A stretch of DNA of 64,000 nt, from assembly GCA_965209155.1 (NCBI GenBank), contig OZ242383.1, forward strand, positions 1,248,001 to 1,312,000, written 5' to 3'. The notes under the pieces were generated by a model. That model ran no database searches. It saw only the letters and a list, made by a program, of their open reading frames with translations, and had not been told where the DNA came from. Below, piece after piece: positions 31,382 through 40,623 of this stretch. The position numbers and the translations under genes are program-made. How positions within the stretch are numbered: the stretch's first letter is position 1; each line of letters opens with the position of its first letter. Origin of the DNA: a bacterium. Lineage in GTDB: Bacteria > SAR324 > NAC60-12.

Positions 31382-32674
31382 CTAGTGAATGATTCTTTCA
31401 GGAGGCGTTTGTTCGAGTGGGTCTTTGCTTTTCCAAGGCTTCTCGGGGGGATAACGTCTTTCAGGCTGGTTCATGGCGGCCCGGCGACCGGTCGTGGTGG
31501 AACGCCAGGTATAGGCTCTGGTGAGTTCTTCCTTGCTGGAGCGGGGGCTGAGTTCTCCCACCCGCACATAGTTGCCCTCATCAATGGTCTGCCGCAGGCC
31601 ACGAAGGAGGCCGGCTTCCATCCCATGCCCTTCAATCCCTCCGATCGATTCAGTGATCAAAGTCAGACGTTTCAGTAATTTTTCAGAAGCATTCGCCAGG
31701 ACCTCAGGGCGTATGCTGATCGGATGAAGTTCCTGGGTTCGCTGCCATGGTTTAATGCAGGCCATCACCACCATGTGGCGCGGTTGATCGGTTTGGTTGA
31801 TCCCAGTTCCATGAAGAGTGTACCCATCCATCAACATGAGGGTCCCTGCTTTGACTTCCAAGTTGATGGGTGGAGGCAGTTTGCCCACTGGTTTTTGATA
31901 GCCGTTCTCATAGATGATCTTCGCGCTTCGAGGGATAACCAGAGTCGAACCATTCAAGTAGCTGACATCTTCCAAATACAATAAATGGTTGGTCAGCAGG
32001 GGCGCTTCATTGAGTTTGAAGGAGCTGTCTTGATGCAGAGATTGGGGCCGCCCCCCTTTGCGGGCGATGATGCACAAACACGAGTGGATGATAAAGTTCT
32101 CTCCGACCGTCTCATGGACTAGTTGTTCAATCAAAGGGCCGGCTTGTATAAATTCAGGGTCGTGTTCAATGAAACCTCGAAAGCAGTCACCTTTGTTCAC
32201 CAGGCAATCCACAAACTGGGTAATATCTTTATCCCACACCTGGTCCCGGCTGGCATTCAGGAAGTGAGCAATCCCGGCAAGGCGTTCTCCTTCGGCCTGT
32301 TCCACCACGCGGGTGCGCATTGTATGCAGCTGTTCTTGACTCAAGGCATCCTGGACCAGACAATAGCCGAATTCGCGGAAGTCATTTCGCAGTTGTTTGA
32401 TCTCCTTGGTCGGAGAAGGGAGGGGGCCATTTTTTTCCCAATACGCTTTAGCGCTTCCCTGGGTGTTGTAGTAAAGCGAGTCGTCATTCAAGTCCACTCC
32501 ATTTTCCCTACCTGAGGGACTTGGAGTGAAAACCAAGCCTTGCTTTTCTAAGCTTTTTTGGAACTCGTTTACCTTGAGAAGATGGGTGAAGAGTTGCTCG
32601 CTTTCCGGGCTATTGGCCTGGACGTTTTCTGGCAAAAACTCATGAGGGGTGGATTGGTTTTTATTGGGTTTCAT
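31382..32674 (-). CDS. PhyH-family Fe(II)/2-oxoglutarate dioxygenase
   Basis: FGYCLVQDALS, QSLHQD, NGSTLVIPRS, LHGTGIN. Confidence 0.8.
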   Translation of the reverse strand: MKPNKNQSTPHEFLPENVQANSPESEQLFTHLLKVNEFQKSLEKQGLVFTPSPSGRENGVDLNDDSLYYNTQGSAKAYWEKNGPLPSPTKEIKQLRNDFREFGYCLVQDALSQEQLHTMRTRVVEQAEGERLAGIAHFLNASRDQVWDKDITQFVDCLVNKGDCFRGFIEHDPEFIQAGPLIEQLVHETVGENFIIHSCLCIIARKGGRPQSLHQDSSFKLNEAPLLTNHLLYLEDVSYLNGSTLVIPRSAKIIYENGYQKPVGKLPPPINLEVKAGTLMLMDGYTLHGTGINQTDQPRHMVVMACIKPWQRTQELHPISIRPEVLANASEKLLKRLTLITESIGGIEGHGMEAGLLRGLRQTIDEGNYVRVGELSPRSSKEELTRAYTWRSTTTGRRAAMNQPERRYPPEKPWKSKDPLEQTPPERIIH

Positions 32675-32753
32675 AATCGATTTCCTTTCTTTATTTATTG
32701 CGTTTCTAATGAGTCGGTCTCTTTTTTCGGAGAAGCCATGGGAGGCAAGCGGA

Positions 32754-33080
32754 TTATTCTTTGTTAGCAGCCAATGTCAACCCTGCAATGAAATGTTTCT
32801 GCATGAGAAAGAACATGATCACTGGAGGCAATGCAGCGACAATCGAGCCTGCTGAAATGAGATTCCAGGAAGTGAGCCATTGCCCTCGAAGGGCAGCCAA
32901 CCCTACCGTGACCGGGCGAACGGCCTCACTTTGCACCAAGACTAAGGCCCAAAAATAATCATTCCAAATAAAAGTGAATTCTAATACCGCCAAAGCAGCC
33001 ATGGCAGGGCGAACCAGAGGAACGATGATTTGTAAAAATATCCGAAATTCACTTGCTCCATCAATCCGAGCCGACTCCAT
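32754..33080 (-). pseudogene. 5'-truncated carbohydrate ABC permease (C-terminal part only)
   Basis: Begins at the EAA loop (ESARIDGASEFRIF); WNDYFW, MQKHFIAGL; only 108 aa. Confidence 0.78.
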
Positions 33081-33088
33081 TGGTGCGC

Positions 33089-34030
33089 TTACCCACTGAA
33101 AGGGTTGATCAGTCGGGCCAGGAATCCTCGTTTGCGTTTCCTCGTCGCGGCGCCGTAACTGCCTTGACCGCCCTTCAGCCGGGGATCGAGCAGGTCCCTG
33201 AGTGCATCGCCGAACATGTTGAGGGAGTAGACGACAATTGTCAGGAAAAGCCCCGGCCAGAAGGCCAGCCAGGGCGCTTGCTTCATGAAGCGGCGCCCTT
33301 CCCGGCTGAGCATCCCTCCCCAGCTGGGCACCTTGATGGGCAGCCCGAATCCGAGAAAGCTCAGCGACGCCTCGGCAATGATGACCCCGCCGATGTTGAT
33401 CGAGAAGACGATGATGATCGGTGCCATAATATTGGGCAGGACATGGCGGATCAGGATTTGGCCCGTGGGGGTGCCCACGGCCCGGGCGGCCAGAAAATAA
33501 TCATTCTCTTTGATGCCGATCACCGCCCCTCGCACGACGCGGGAGCCCCCGATGCCGCCGGCGACCCCCAGGACCACGATGATCTGCGGCAGACCCCGCC
33601 CCACGACCGACATGATGGTTAACAAGAGCAGCAGTCCGGGGAAGGCCATCCAGGCATCGACAAAGCGCTGCACCGCCAGGTCCACTTTCCCTCCAAGGAA
33701 TCCGGACGTGCCGCCAACCAGGAGCGCGACCAACACATTGAGCGTGGTTGCGGCCAGACCGACCACTAAGGAAATACGAGCCCCGAAGATCAGGCGGCTC
33801 AGGAGGTCTCGGCCCAATTGGTCGGTCCCCAGGAGATGCTGGGCGGAGGCGCCCTGCAGCCGATCGGCCAGGTTGAGTTTATCATAGGGATATGGGGTCA
33901 ACACATCGGCAAAGATGGCCACCATAATCAAGAGCAGGATGATGAGCCCGCTGATCGTCCCCAGCGGCTTCTCCTGCCACAGCCGGATGAAGAAATCCGC
34001 AAACCGGCCCCGTCGCTTGGATTCACTCAT
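33089..34030 (-). CDS. Peptide/nickel ABC permease, DppC/OppC-like
   Basis: HLLGTDQLGRD, RHVLPN, EASLSFLGFG, GDALRDLLDPR. Confidence 0.93.
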   Translation of the reverse strand: MSESKRRGRFADFFIRLWQEKPLGTISGLIILLLIMVAIFADVLTPYPYDKLNLADRLQGASAQHLLGTDQLGRDLLSRLIFGARISLVVGLAATTLNVLVALLVGGTSGFLGGKVDLAVQRFVDAWMAFPGLLLLLTIMSVVGRGLPQIIVVLGVAGGIGGSRVVRGAVIGIKENDYFLAARAVGTPTGQILIRHVLPNIMAPIIIVFSINIGGVIIAEASLSFLGFGLPIKVPSWGGMLSREGRRFMKQAPWLAFWPGLFLTIVVYSLNMFGDALRDLLDPRLKGGQGSYGAATRKRKRGFLARLINPFSG

Positions 34031-35021
34031 AGCGCACCCTCGGGTCCAGATAGGGATAAATCAGGTCGATGAGGAGATTGAGCAGGACTACGCCGGTGGC
34101 GAAAAACAGGTTAACCCCGGAGACCACCGGGTAGTCTCTCTCCGTGAGTGCCTCCACAAAGAGACGGCCGAGCCCCGGCAGGTTAAATATGTTCTCCATG
34201 ATAACGGAGCCACCTACCAGGATCGGCAACTGCAGGCCGATCAGAGACACCACCGGGATAAGGGCATTCTTGATGGCGTGTCTCATAATGACTACCCTCT
34301 CCTTGAGACCCTTGGCCCAGGCCGTCCTGATAAGGTCCTGCTTGAGCACCTCCAGCATCATGGTGCGCATCAGCCGCATGGTGGCCGCCGCCATCGCCGT
34401 TCCCAAAATCACGCTGGGAATGATCAACATCCCGAGATTCCCCAGCGGGTCTTCGCTGAAAGGAACCCACTCCATCGGCGGCGTCCACGCCCACCAGAGG
34501 GAGGGGTAGAGCACGACCATGGTAGCCAACCAAAAGTTGGGCGTAGCCAGGCCGAGGATGGCGAAGGAGCGCCCAGCGTAGTCGGCGACGGTATCCTGGC
34601 GAATCGCCGAGTAGATGCCGACCGGCAGCGCGATCAAGAGCCCGATTAAGATTGCCATGACACCCAGCTCAATGGTTACCGGCAGTTTACCTAATATCTG
34701 CTCCTCTACCGGCCAATCGCCAAACAGTGACTCGCCAAGGGTACCCTGGAGGAGACCTCTAAAGTGGGACTCACCGGTAATAGAGTCAGGGGTCGGCAAC
34801 ACGCCTAGCCAGCGTCCATACTGCACGTGCACAGGCACGTCTAATCCCAGCATACGCTCGAGAGCTGCACGGTCTACCTTATTGGCCGCGAATTCCGGCT
34901 TACCCAACATTGCGTCTATTGCATCGCCCGGGATGAAGCGGACCGAGAGAAAGACTATGATGGTCAATAGAAACAGGGTGGGGATGATCAGCAATAACCG
35001 CCGGATGATATAGGCTTTCAT
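34023..35021 (-). CDS. Peptide/nickel ABC permease, DppB/OppB-like
   Basis: YIIRRLL, TAWAKGL, RHAIKNALIP, RDYPVV, YLDPRVR. Confidence 0.93.
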   Translation of the reverse strand: MKAYIIRRLLLIIPTLFLLTIIVFLSVRFIPGDAIDAMLGKPEFAANKVDRAALERMLGLDVPVHVQYGRWLGVLPTPDSITGESHFRGLLQGTLGESLFGDWPVEEQILGKLPVTIELGVMAILIGLLIALPVGIYSAIRQDTVADYAGRSFAILGLATPNFWLATMVVLYPSLWWAWTPPMEWVPFSEDPLGNLGMLIIPSVILGTAMAAATMRLMRTMMLEVLKQDLIRTAWAKGLKERVVIMRHAIKNALIPVVSLIGLQLPILVGGSVIMENIFNLPGLGRLFVEALTERDYPVVSGVNLFFATGVVLLNLLIDLIYPYLDPRVRYE

Positions 35022-35088
35022 ATGATGCCCCCTCCCCTATCCCCTCTAGCCGTACGCGGAAGCGGGGGAATAAGGTTATAACACACTT

Positions 35089-36900
35089 TTAACGACCCAT
35101 TTCTTCCTTCAGCGCACTATCAATCCAGTAGTGGGCGTAAAGGATAAAGAACCCCCCGCCCGCAAAGGCGCCTGAGTCCATTTCACCGTTATAGCCTATG
35201 AGCCACGGCTGCGCAAAATAGAATTGTGGACTTCTAGGACCAAATATAATCTGGTGCTTCTCTGTCGAGTACATATCTGCTTCTGCAATCAGCCTCTTCT
35301 GCTCCTCAAGGGTCTTAGCGGTTAGGGCGGCATCTACCTTGGCATCAAGCTCATGCCACTGGTGTCCGGATGCTGGTGCCCGGTTGCCAAGGGGCGGACT
35401 ATCCGAGCGCAACCAGGCTACAATATCCTTAGGGTCAAACTTGGAGCCCGCAATGGTAGTGCTAATGCCTTCAAAAGTACCCGAGGCTTTCCTCTCGTTA
35501 TATTCGGGCCCGGCCAGATCATGAACCTCGACCTCGACGCCAATCTCAGCCCAGTAGCCGGCAGCTATTTCTGCAAAATCTAAGCTTGCCCCAAAAGGCG
35601 CGTAATTCAGGATGGTCTTGAATCTAATACCGTCTGCACCACGCGGATATCCCGCCTCATCCAGGAGCTTCTCTGCAGCTTCCGGGTCATACCTGTACCA
35701 TTGCTTGACCTCGGCGGGCCACTCATCAAATGGGATGTAATACCCTTTCACCCCTACCGTCCCGTAAGGTGTCGGATCTGCAAGACCATGCCAGAACGTC
35801 TTGGCAAAGGTCTCGTTGTCGAGTGCCATCTGCATGGCGTGGCGCACGTTGATGTCGTCAAAGGGCGGCTTGCGCACGTCAAGAGCAAAAGAATCATTCG
35901 ACCGAAAAAAGAAAGAGTACGTCGCGATTTCGGGGTTGGTCCGCTTTATACTCAGTACCGCGTCCAAATCAGTAACCTGCCGATGGTAATCAAGCCTGCC
36001 TGCGCGTAGTGCTGCCAAACTTGTTGCTTCCTCTGGAAAGACCAAAAGCTTTAACTCGTCAACGTAGGGCAAGCGGTTCTGCGGGTATTTTGGGTCGAAG
36101 CCCCAGTAGTCAGGATTTTTGGTCCAGGTGACAGAGGCGTCCTCGACTCGGTCAGTCATCATAAAGGGCCCAGTGCCGACCAGGTTCCTCCAGTCCTTAA
36201 CGTCGCCGTGTTGCTCGATTACCTCGGGGGGCATTACGTAACCAAACGGCCCGACGGTCATAATCGTCAGCGCAGGGAGCCATGGCTCCTTCAGCTTAAT
36301 CACGAGCGTCGCATCGTCGGTGGCCGTTATCGATTCCCATGGGACGAGTTTGGCTGTGAAACCCCTTTCGCTCGCTCCGGCCTCGGTGAACTTGCCCAGA
36401 CCCAACACACGGTTAAAGTTGTATGCGACATCCTGCGCCGTCAAAAGACGACCGTTCATCGGGGGCTTATTATGCCAGCGAACGCCCTGGCGGATGTGGA
36501 AGGTATAGGTGAGGCCGTCGGAAATCTCCCAGCTTTCCGCCAGACTCCCTATGATGAATTCTTCAGGGAGGAATTGGGTCCTGAAGTCAAATACGTCCCT
36601 ATCTATTCCCCAGTTCCCGATGCCCAGTTTCTCCACAACGCCCGAGATGACTAACTCCGGCCTGGTGAAATAGGAGTCAGTAGGCCAATCAGTAGCAAGC
36701 CCAAGCCCGTTCATGGTGAGTGTCCCGCCATACTCAGGAGCACTCACCATTTTACCAGTGGTCGGATCTTTGACCATCTTCTTCTCAGCCCCGACGGCCG
36801 AACTGACCCCGAGGGTGGCCACCATCAGGATGAGAGCCAGCAGGGTTGCCCTGAAGGTTGATTTGCTTTTTAGATTAAACATAGCGATTTTCGATTTCAT
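35089..36900 (-). CDS. Family 5 ABC substrate-binding protein, DppA-like
   Basis: PEYGGTL, LAESWE, GTGPF, NPDYW, PPFDDINVRHAM; alternative in-frame start at 36966. Confidence 0.92.
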   Translation of the reverse strand: MKSKIAMFNLKSKSTFRATLLALILMVATLGVSSAVGAEKKMVKDPTTGKMVSAPEYGGTLTMNGLGLATDWPTDSYFTRPELVISGVVEKLGIGNWGIDRDVFDFRTQFLPEEFIIGSLAESWEISDGLTYTFHIRQGVRWHNKPPMNGRLLTAQDVAYNFNRVLGLGKFTEAGASERGFTAKLVPWESITATDDATLVIKLKEPWLPALTIMTVGPFGYVMPPEVIEQHGDVKDWRNLVGTGPFMMTDRVEDASVTWTKNPDYWGFDPKYPQNRLPYVDELKLLVFPEEATSLAALRAGRLDYHRQVTDLDAVLSIKRTNPEIATYSFFFRSNDSFALDVRKPPFDDINVRHAMQMALDNETFAKTFWHGLADPTPYGTVGVKGYYIPFDEWPAEVKQWYRYDPEAAEKLLDEAGYPRGADGIRFKTILNYAPFGASLDFAEIAAGYWAEIGVEVEVHDLAGPEYNERKASGTFEGISTTIAGSKFDPKDIVAWLRSDSPPLGNRAPASGHQWHELDAKVDAALTAKTLEEQKRLIAEADMYSTEKHQIIFGPRSPQFYFAQPWLIGYNGEMDSGAFAGGGFFILYAHYWIDSALKEEMGR

Positions 36901-37056
36901 TAGATTCTCCTTAAAAAAAAATGAATGAATAAATGGCATTAACAGAATAGCGATTTTCGATTTCATAAGATTCTCCTTAAAAAAATAGTAACTATTCAGG
37001 TCTCTGAAAACCCCGTTCAGTTAAATATCAGTAACTATTCAGGTCTCTGAAAACCC
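36881..37056. repeat. Two pairs of short direct repeats at the SBP 5' end
   Basis: 39-bp SD+ATG unit at 36881 and 36947; AGTAACTATTCAGGTCTCTGAAAACCC at 36987 and 37030. Confidence 0.88.
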
Positions 37057-37179
37057 GTTTAGTCAAATAACGTTGAAAAAAATTTCCGGAGAGGACTGAT
37101 CGTTTTCAAGTCCTCCCACGATATTGTTCCATCGATCGGAAACCCTCTTCTTTCACTAAAAAAACTCAGTGATGGTATG

Positions 37180-37212
37180 ATTATAGCACTACTACTACTT
37201 GCATAATGTCAA
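37180..37212 (-). promoter_or_regulatory. Candidate promoter of the dpp-like operon
   Basis: Minus strand TTGACA-21 bp-TATAAT with an extended -10 (TGC) and a trinucleotide repeat in the spacer. Confidence 0.5.
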
Positions 37213-37645
37213 CCCCCAAATTAAAAAAAAATGCAGGATTCGTAAAAAAAAATTAAAAATCTATCAATCAGGGAGATCCGCTTCTTTATGATCATGAGCC
37301 AAAAAGCGAAGGTTCACTCCACAATCCAGTGTTTTTTCCAATGGCGATAATGATCGTAAACGCTTTGTCAGGGAGGTAAATCATGGAGGAGCATACTCCA
37401 CTGACAACCCCTTCTCACGACAAACAAAATCGCATTGACGATGCTATGTTCGCCAGGAATACGTTTGGCCCGCAAGGGGCGAAACGTTTAAAAATAGGGG
37501 AGTTTCAGTAACAAGGAGGCGCAGGTAAAGGCTTGTCCCGGACTGGATTCGGGAGAGATGCGGAAGAGCTCATGCGGCAAACGGGGCATTGGTCTGCGTA
37601 TTATCTTTCCTAACCCATCAAAATAAGTCAAAAAAATTTCGTGTC

Positions 37646-37674
37646 TTGACGGTGATACTAGGAAAAAGTATCAT
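37646..37674 (+). promoter_or_regulatory. hicAB promoter/operator
   Basis: TTGACG-17 bp-TATCAT; inverted repeat TGATACT/AGTATCA; ATG 6 nt after the -10. Confidence 0.75.
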
Positions 37675-37680
37675 ATCGTT

Positions 37681-37935
37681 ATGAACAAAAAACATCAAAA
37701 AACTTTAGAGGTTATTTTTTCGCAACCAACGCCAGGTAATCTTGAATGGCGAAAGATTGAAGCATTATTCGTGGCTTCAGGGGCAAAGGTTATCGAGGGA
37801 GATGGCTCACGAGTATCCTTTATCATCAATGATGAAAAAGGTGACTTTCACAGGCCTCACCCTGGTAAAGAGGCAAAACGATATCAGGTAAGAAATGCCA
37901 AAGAATTCTTAATTAGAGTTGGGGTAACAACATGA
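37681..37935 (+). CDS. hicA: HicA family toxin
   Basis: MNKKHQKTL, EGDGSRV, FHRPHPGKEAKRYQV. Confidence 0.92.
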   Translation: MNKKHQKTLEVIFSQPTPGNLEWRKIEALFVASGAKVIEGDGSRVSFIINDEKGDFHRPHPGKEAKRYQVRNAKEFLIRVGVTT

Positions 37936-38267
37936 ATACACTTAGCTATAAGGGCTATACAGCCAAGATTGAATTTGACCCGGAGGATAATATTCTATTT
38001 GGTAATATTATCGGTATTCGTGATACAGTTGGTTTTCATGGGGAATCCGTCAGTGAATTGAAAGAGGCATTTCAAGAAGCAGTTGATTTCTATCTTGAGA
38101 GTTGTGAGAAGGCTGGGCGGGAGCCCAACAAACCTTTTTCTGGAAAATTTGTGATCAGGGTAGATTCCTCACTACATGGTGAAATAGCTGTAGCCGCTGT
38201 TCAAGCTGGTAAAAGCCTGAACAAATGGGTAGCGGACACTCTTGAACAGGTTCTTCACACTCGTTGA
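37932..38267 (+). CDS. hicB: HicB family antitoxin
   Basis: YKGYTAKIEFD, EAVDFYLE, KPFSGKFVIR, SLNKW. Confidence 0.93.
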   Translation: MNTLSYKGYTAKIEFDPEDNILFGNIIGIRDTVGFHGESVSELKEAFQEAVDFYLESCEKAGREPNKPFSGKFVIRVDSSLHGEIAVAAVQAGKSLNKWVADTLEQVLHTR

Positions 38268-38471
38268 AATACAGCACCAACAAATTATTTTCCTTCATCA
38301 TAAAAGGTTCCAGGGAGTCTCCCAGACTTTTCCTGATCCCTGAGCCTCTTTCTCGTAATTGGCATAGAACCTGTTTGAAAGTCGTTACTCAAATGTAACA
38401 AATCCTGAAAAGTCAATGGATGAGAGAAAAGGAAATAGAGTCAAGTATTAAATTGTCTTTTGGAGAAACCG

Positions 38472-39062
38472 ATGAGTGTTATGGAGAAGAAAGTCATGAC
38501 TGCCGAAGAATATTTGGCCAGGGAACGGCAGGCAGAAGAGAAAAGTGAATTTTACCAGGGCGAATGTTTTGCCATGGCTGGGGCCTCCCGACGCCATAAC
38601 CTATTATCGGTTAATATCTTGCGCCATCTGGCAAATCATCTTGCGAGCAAGCCCTGCCAGCCCTACGTGGCAGACATGCGGCTATACATTGAAGCTCATG
38701 AGCATTACGTCTACCCTGACGTGCTGGTGGTTTGTGATGAGAAAGCCTATGTGGATGAGGAGAATTGCAAGGATGCCACCGTAATCGTCGAAGTGCTCTC
38801 CCCCAGCACGGAAACCTATGACCGGGGTCTGAAATTCCTGCACTACCAATCTCTGCCTTCCCTGCAGGAGTATGTACTGATCAGCCAGGAGATTCTGCAA
38901 GTGGAAGTCTATCACCGCCGGATACAGAAACAGGATTGGATTTACCAGGCCTTATCTCAACCAGAGGATGCCCTCGTTTTGTCTTCCATCGACTTTTCCT
39001 GCCGCCTTGCCGAGCTTTATGAATCCATTACCTTCCCGATAGAACCAGCCTCTTCTTCATGA
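38472..39062 (+). CDS. Uma2 (DUF820) family endonuclease
   Basis: AMAGAS..H, YPDVLVVC, VEVLSPST..YDRG.K, EYVLISQ. Confidence 0.92.
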   Translation: MSVMEKKVMTAEEYLARERQAEEKSEFYQGECFAMAGASRRHNLLSVNILRHLANHLASKPCQPYVADMRLYIEAHEHYVYPDVLVVCDEKAYVDEENCKDATVIVEVLSPSTETYDRGLKFLHYQSLPSLQEYVLISQEILQVEVYHRRIQKQDWIYQALSQPEDALVLSSIDFSCRLAELYESITFPIEPASSS

Positions 39063-39187
39063 ATGGATAAGAGGTCAAATGGGGTCAAAGGGAAATCGAG
39101 ATGACCCGGATAAATTTTTGTCGAACCATTACCCTCAGCGGTCCAAACCGATTCCGGTCGAAGGCTGCAATGTCCCCTTTAAGGGTT

Positions 39188-40318
39188 TCAAATTTTCAAT
39201 AACTGACACAGGGTGGGGAAAGGGAGTACGCGGGTTCGGATATCCTGGATTTCGTAATCCTTGTGGCCCAGATGCACCTGGTAGAAGGTAGGGATGTCTG
39301 TTCTTTTGGCAAAATAGGAAAGGTGTTTCGAAACATTTTTTTCTCCGGTTTTGCATTCTACTGCAAACAGGGGGCGCTTCTCCTGCAGGACAATGAAATC
39401 GATTTCCCGCCGGTTATGATCCCGCAAGAAGCGCAATTCCATCTGCTCGCCTGCGGCATCTTCCTGAAGATGACAATATTTCAAGAGGTGCGAGGCGACC
39501 ATATTTTCAAATCGACTCCCTCTATCCGCGCATAAGGACCAATCCCACAGGTAAAGTTTCTTTTCTTTTTTGGCAGCCCGGAGGGAGGGGGCTCCAAAGG
39601 GGGCGATCCGGTAACAATGATACAGATTCTCCAAAATCCGCAACCAGCGTTCCACGGTTTCAAAAGCGACCTGCAGATCCTGCCGCAAACTATTGATGGA
39701 TAAAGGCGAGCCCACTTTGCCTGGCAAGGTCTGCAGCAATAAATCCAGGGAACTCATTTCCTTCACATATTCTAAATTGATGACATCTTCCTGAATAATC
39801 CGACTTTGTCTCTCGCGCTGCCACCGTTTCCAAAAACGCTCATTCCCTTTTAAAAAGGGTTCCGGGAATCCGCCCAATTTCAAAAGATGCTGCGTGTCCT
39901 CCAGGGTGGCCTGCGGATTGATTTCATAAAGTGAAAACGGGTGCAAGTGATAGTAGTGGTAACGACCTTGCAGGGAATCGCCGCCTCTGCGGTAATAATC
40001 AAGCCTTGCCGATCCGGTGACCAGGAATCGTTTTTTTCCTTTGTGTTGATCAAAATACCCTTTGATCAGATTCCGCCAATTCTTGAATTTGTGGATCTCA
40101 TCGAATATGACAAATTCCTGTCCTCCCGGAAGCCCCCCTTCCAAGAGCACCTGCTTGTCTGTGAGAATGTCCCAATTCAAGTAAGCCGGATGTTCCGTAT
40201 CCGTGGTGTCCAGGAGGTTCAACGCTAAGGTGGTTTTCCCCACTTGCCGGGGACCTCCGAGAAAAACCATTTTTTCTGCCAAATCGGTGAAAATCAGGTG
40301 CTCTAAATAACGCTTCAT
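39188..40318 (-). CDS. AAA_14 ATPase with a DUF4143 C-terminal domain
   Basis: GPRQVGKT, FDEIHK, VTGSA, GGFPEPF, REIDF..AVECK. Confidence 0.9.
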   Translation of the reverse strand: MKRYLEHLIFTDLAEKMVFLGGPRQVGKTTLALNLLDTTDTEHPAYLNWDILTDKQVLLEGGLPGGQEFVIFDEIHKFKNWRNLIKGYFDQHKGKKRFLVTGSARLDYYRRGGDSLQGRYHYYHLHPFSLYEINPQATLEDTQHLLKLGGFPEPFLKGNERFWKRWQRERQSRIIQEDVINLEYVKEMSSLDLLLQTLPGKVGSPLSINSLRQDLQVAFETVERWLRILENLYHCYRIAPFGAPSLRAAKKEKKLYLWDWSLCADRGSRFENMVASHLLKYCHLQEDAAGEQMELRFLRDHNRREIDFIVLQEKRPLFAVECKTGEKNVSKHLSYFAKRTDIPTFYQVHLGHKDYEIQDIRTRVLPFPTLCQLLKI

Positions 40319-40623
40319 ACGATTCAGGAGCAGCAAAGGGGGTGAGTATTTTCGAGTGAACTTGAAAATATTTATGAATATTTTCGACTTAATCCGAATT
40401 TACTACTTTTTATAAAGTTCTCAAGCTTAAATCCAGGGACTGTTACGATTTATTTGCAATGGATTCCTTTGATTCAGAAAAAATTCGAGAGCATTTTCGG
40501 ACGGGTCGCCCCTTAGGAGATGACCGTTTTTTAAGAAAGGCAGAAGACCTGGCCGAACGAGCATTGAGGTCCAAGAAACCAGGGAAGCCCAATAAAGATA
40601 AAAAACATTAACTGTCCCCGGAT

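Noticed and set aside
37383..37511. 42-codon ORF with a GGAGG SD
   Set aside because: No recognisable family; cannot be supported without conservation data
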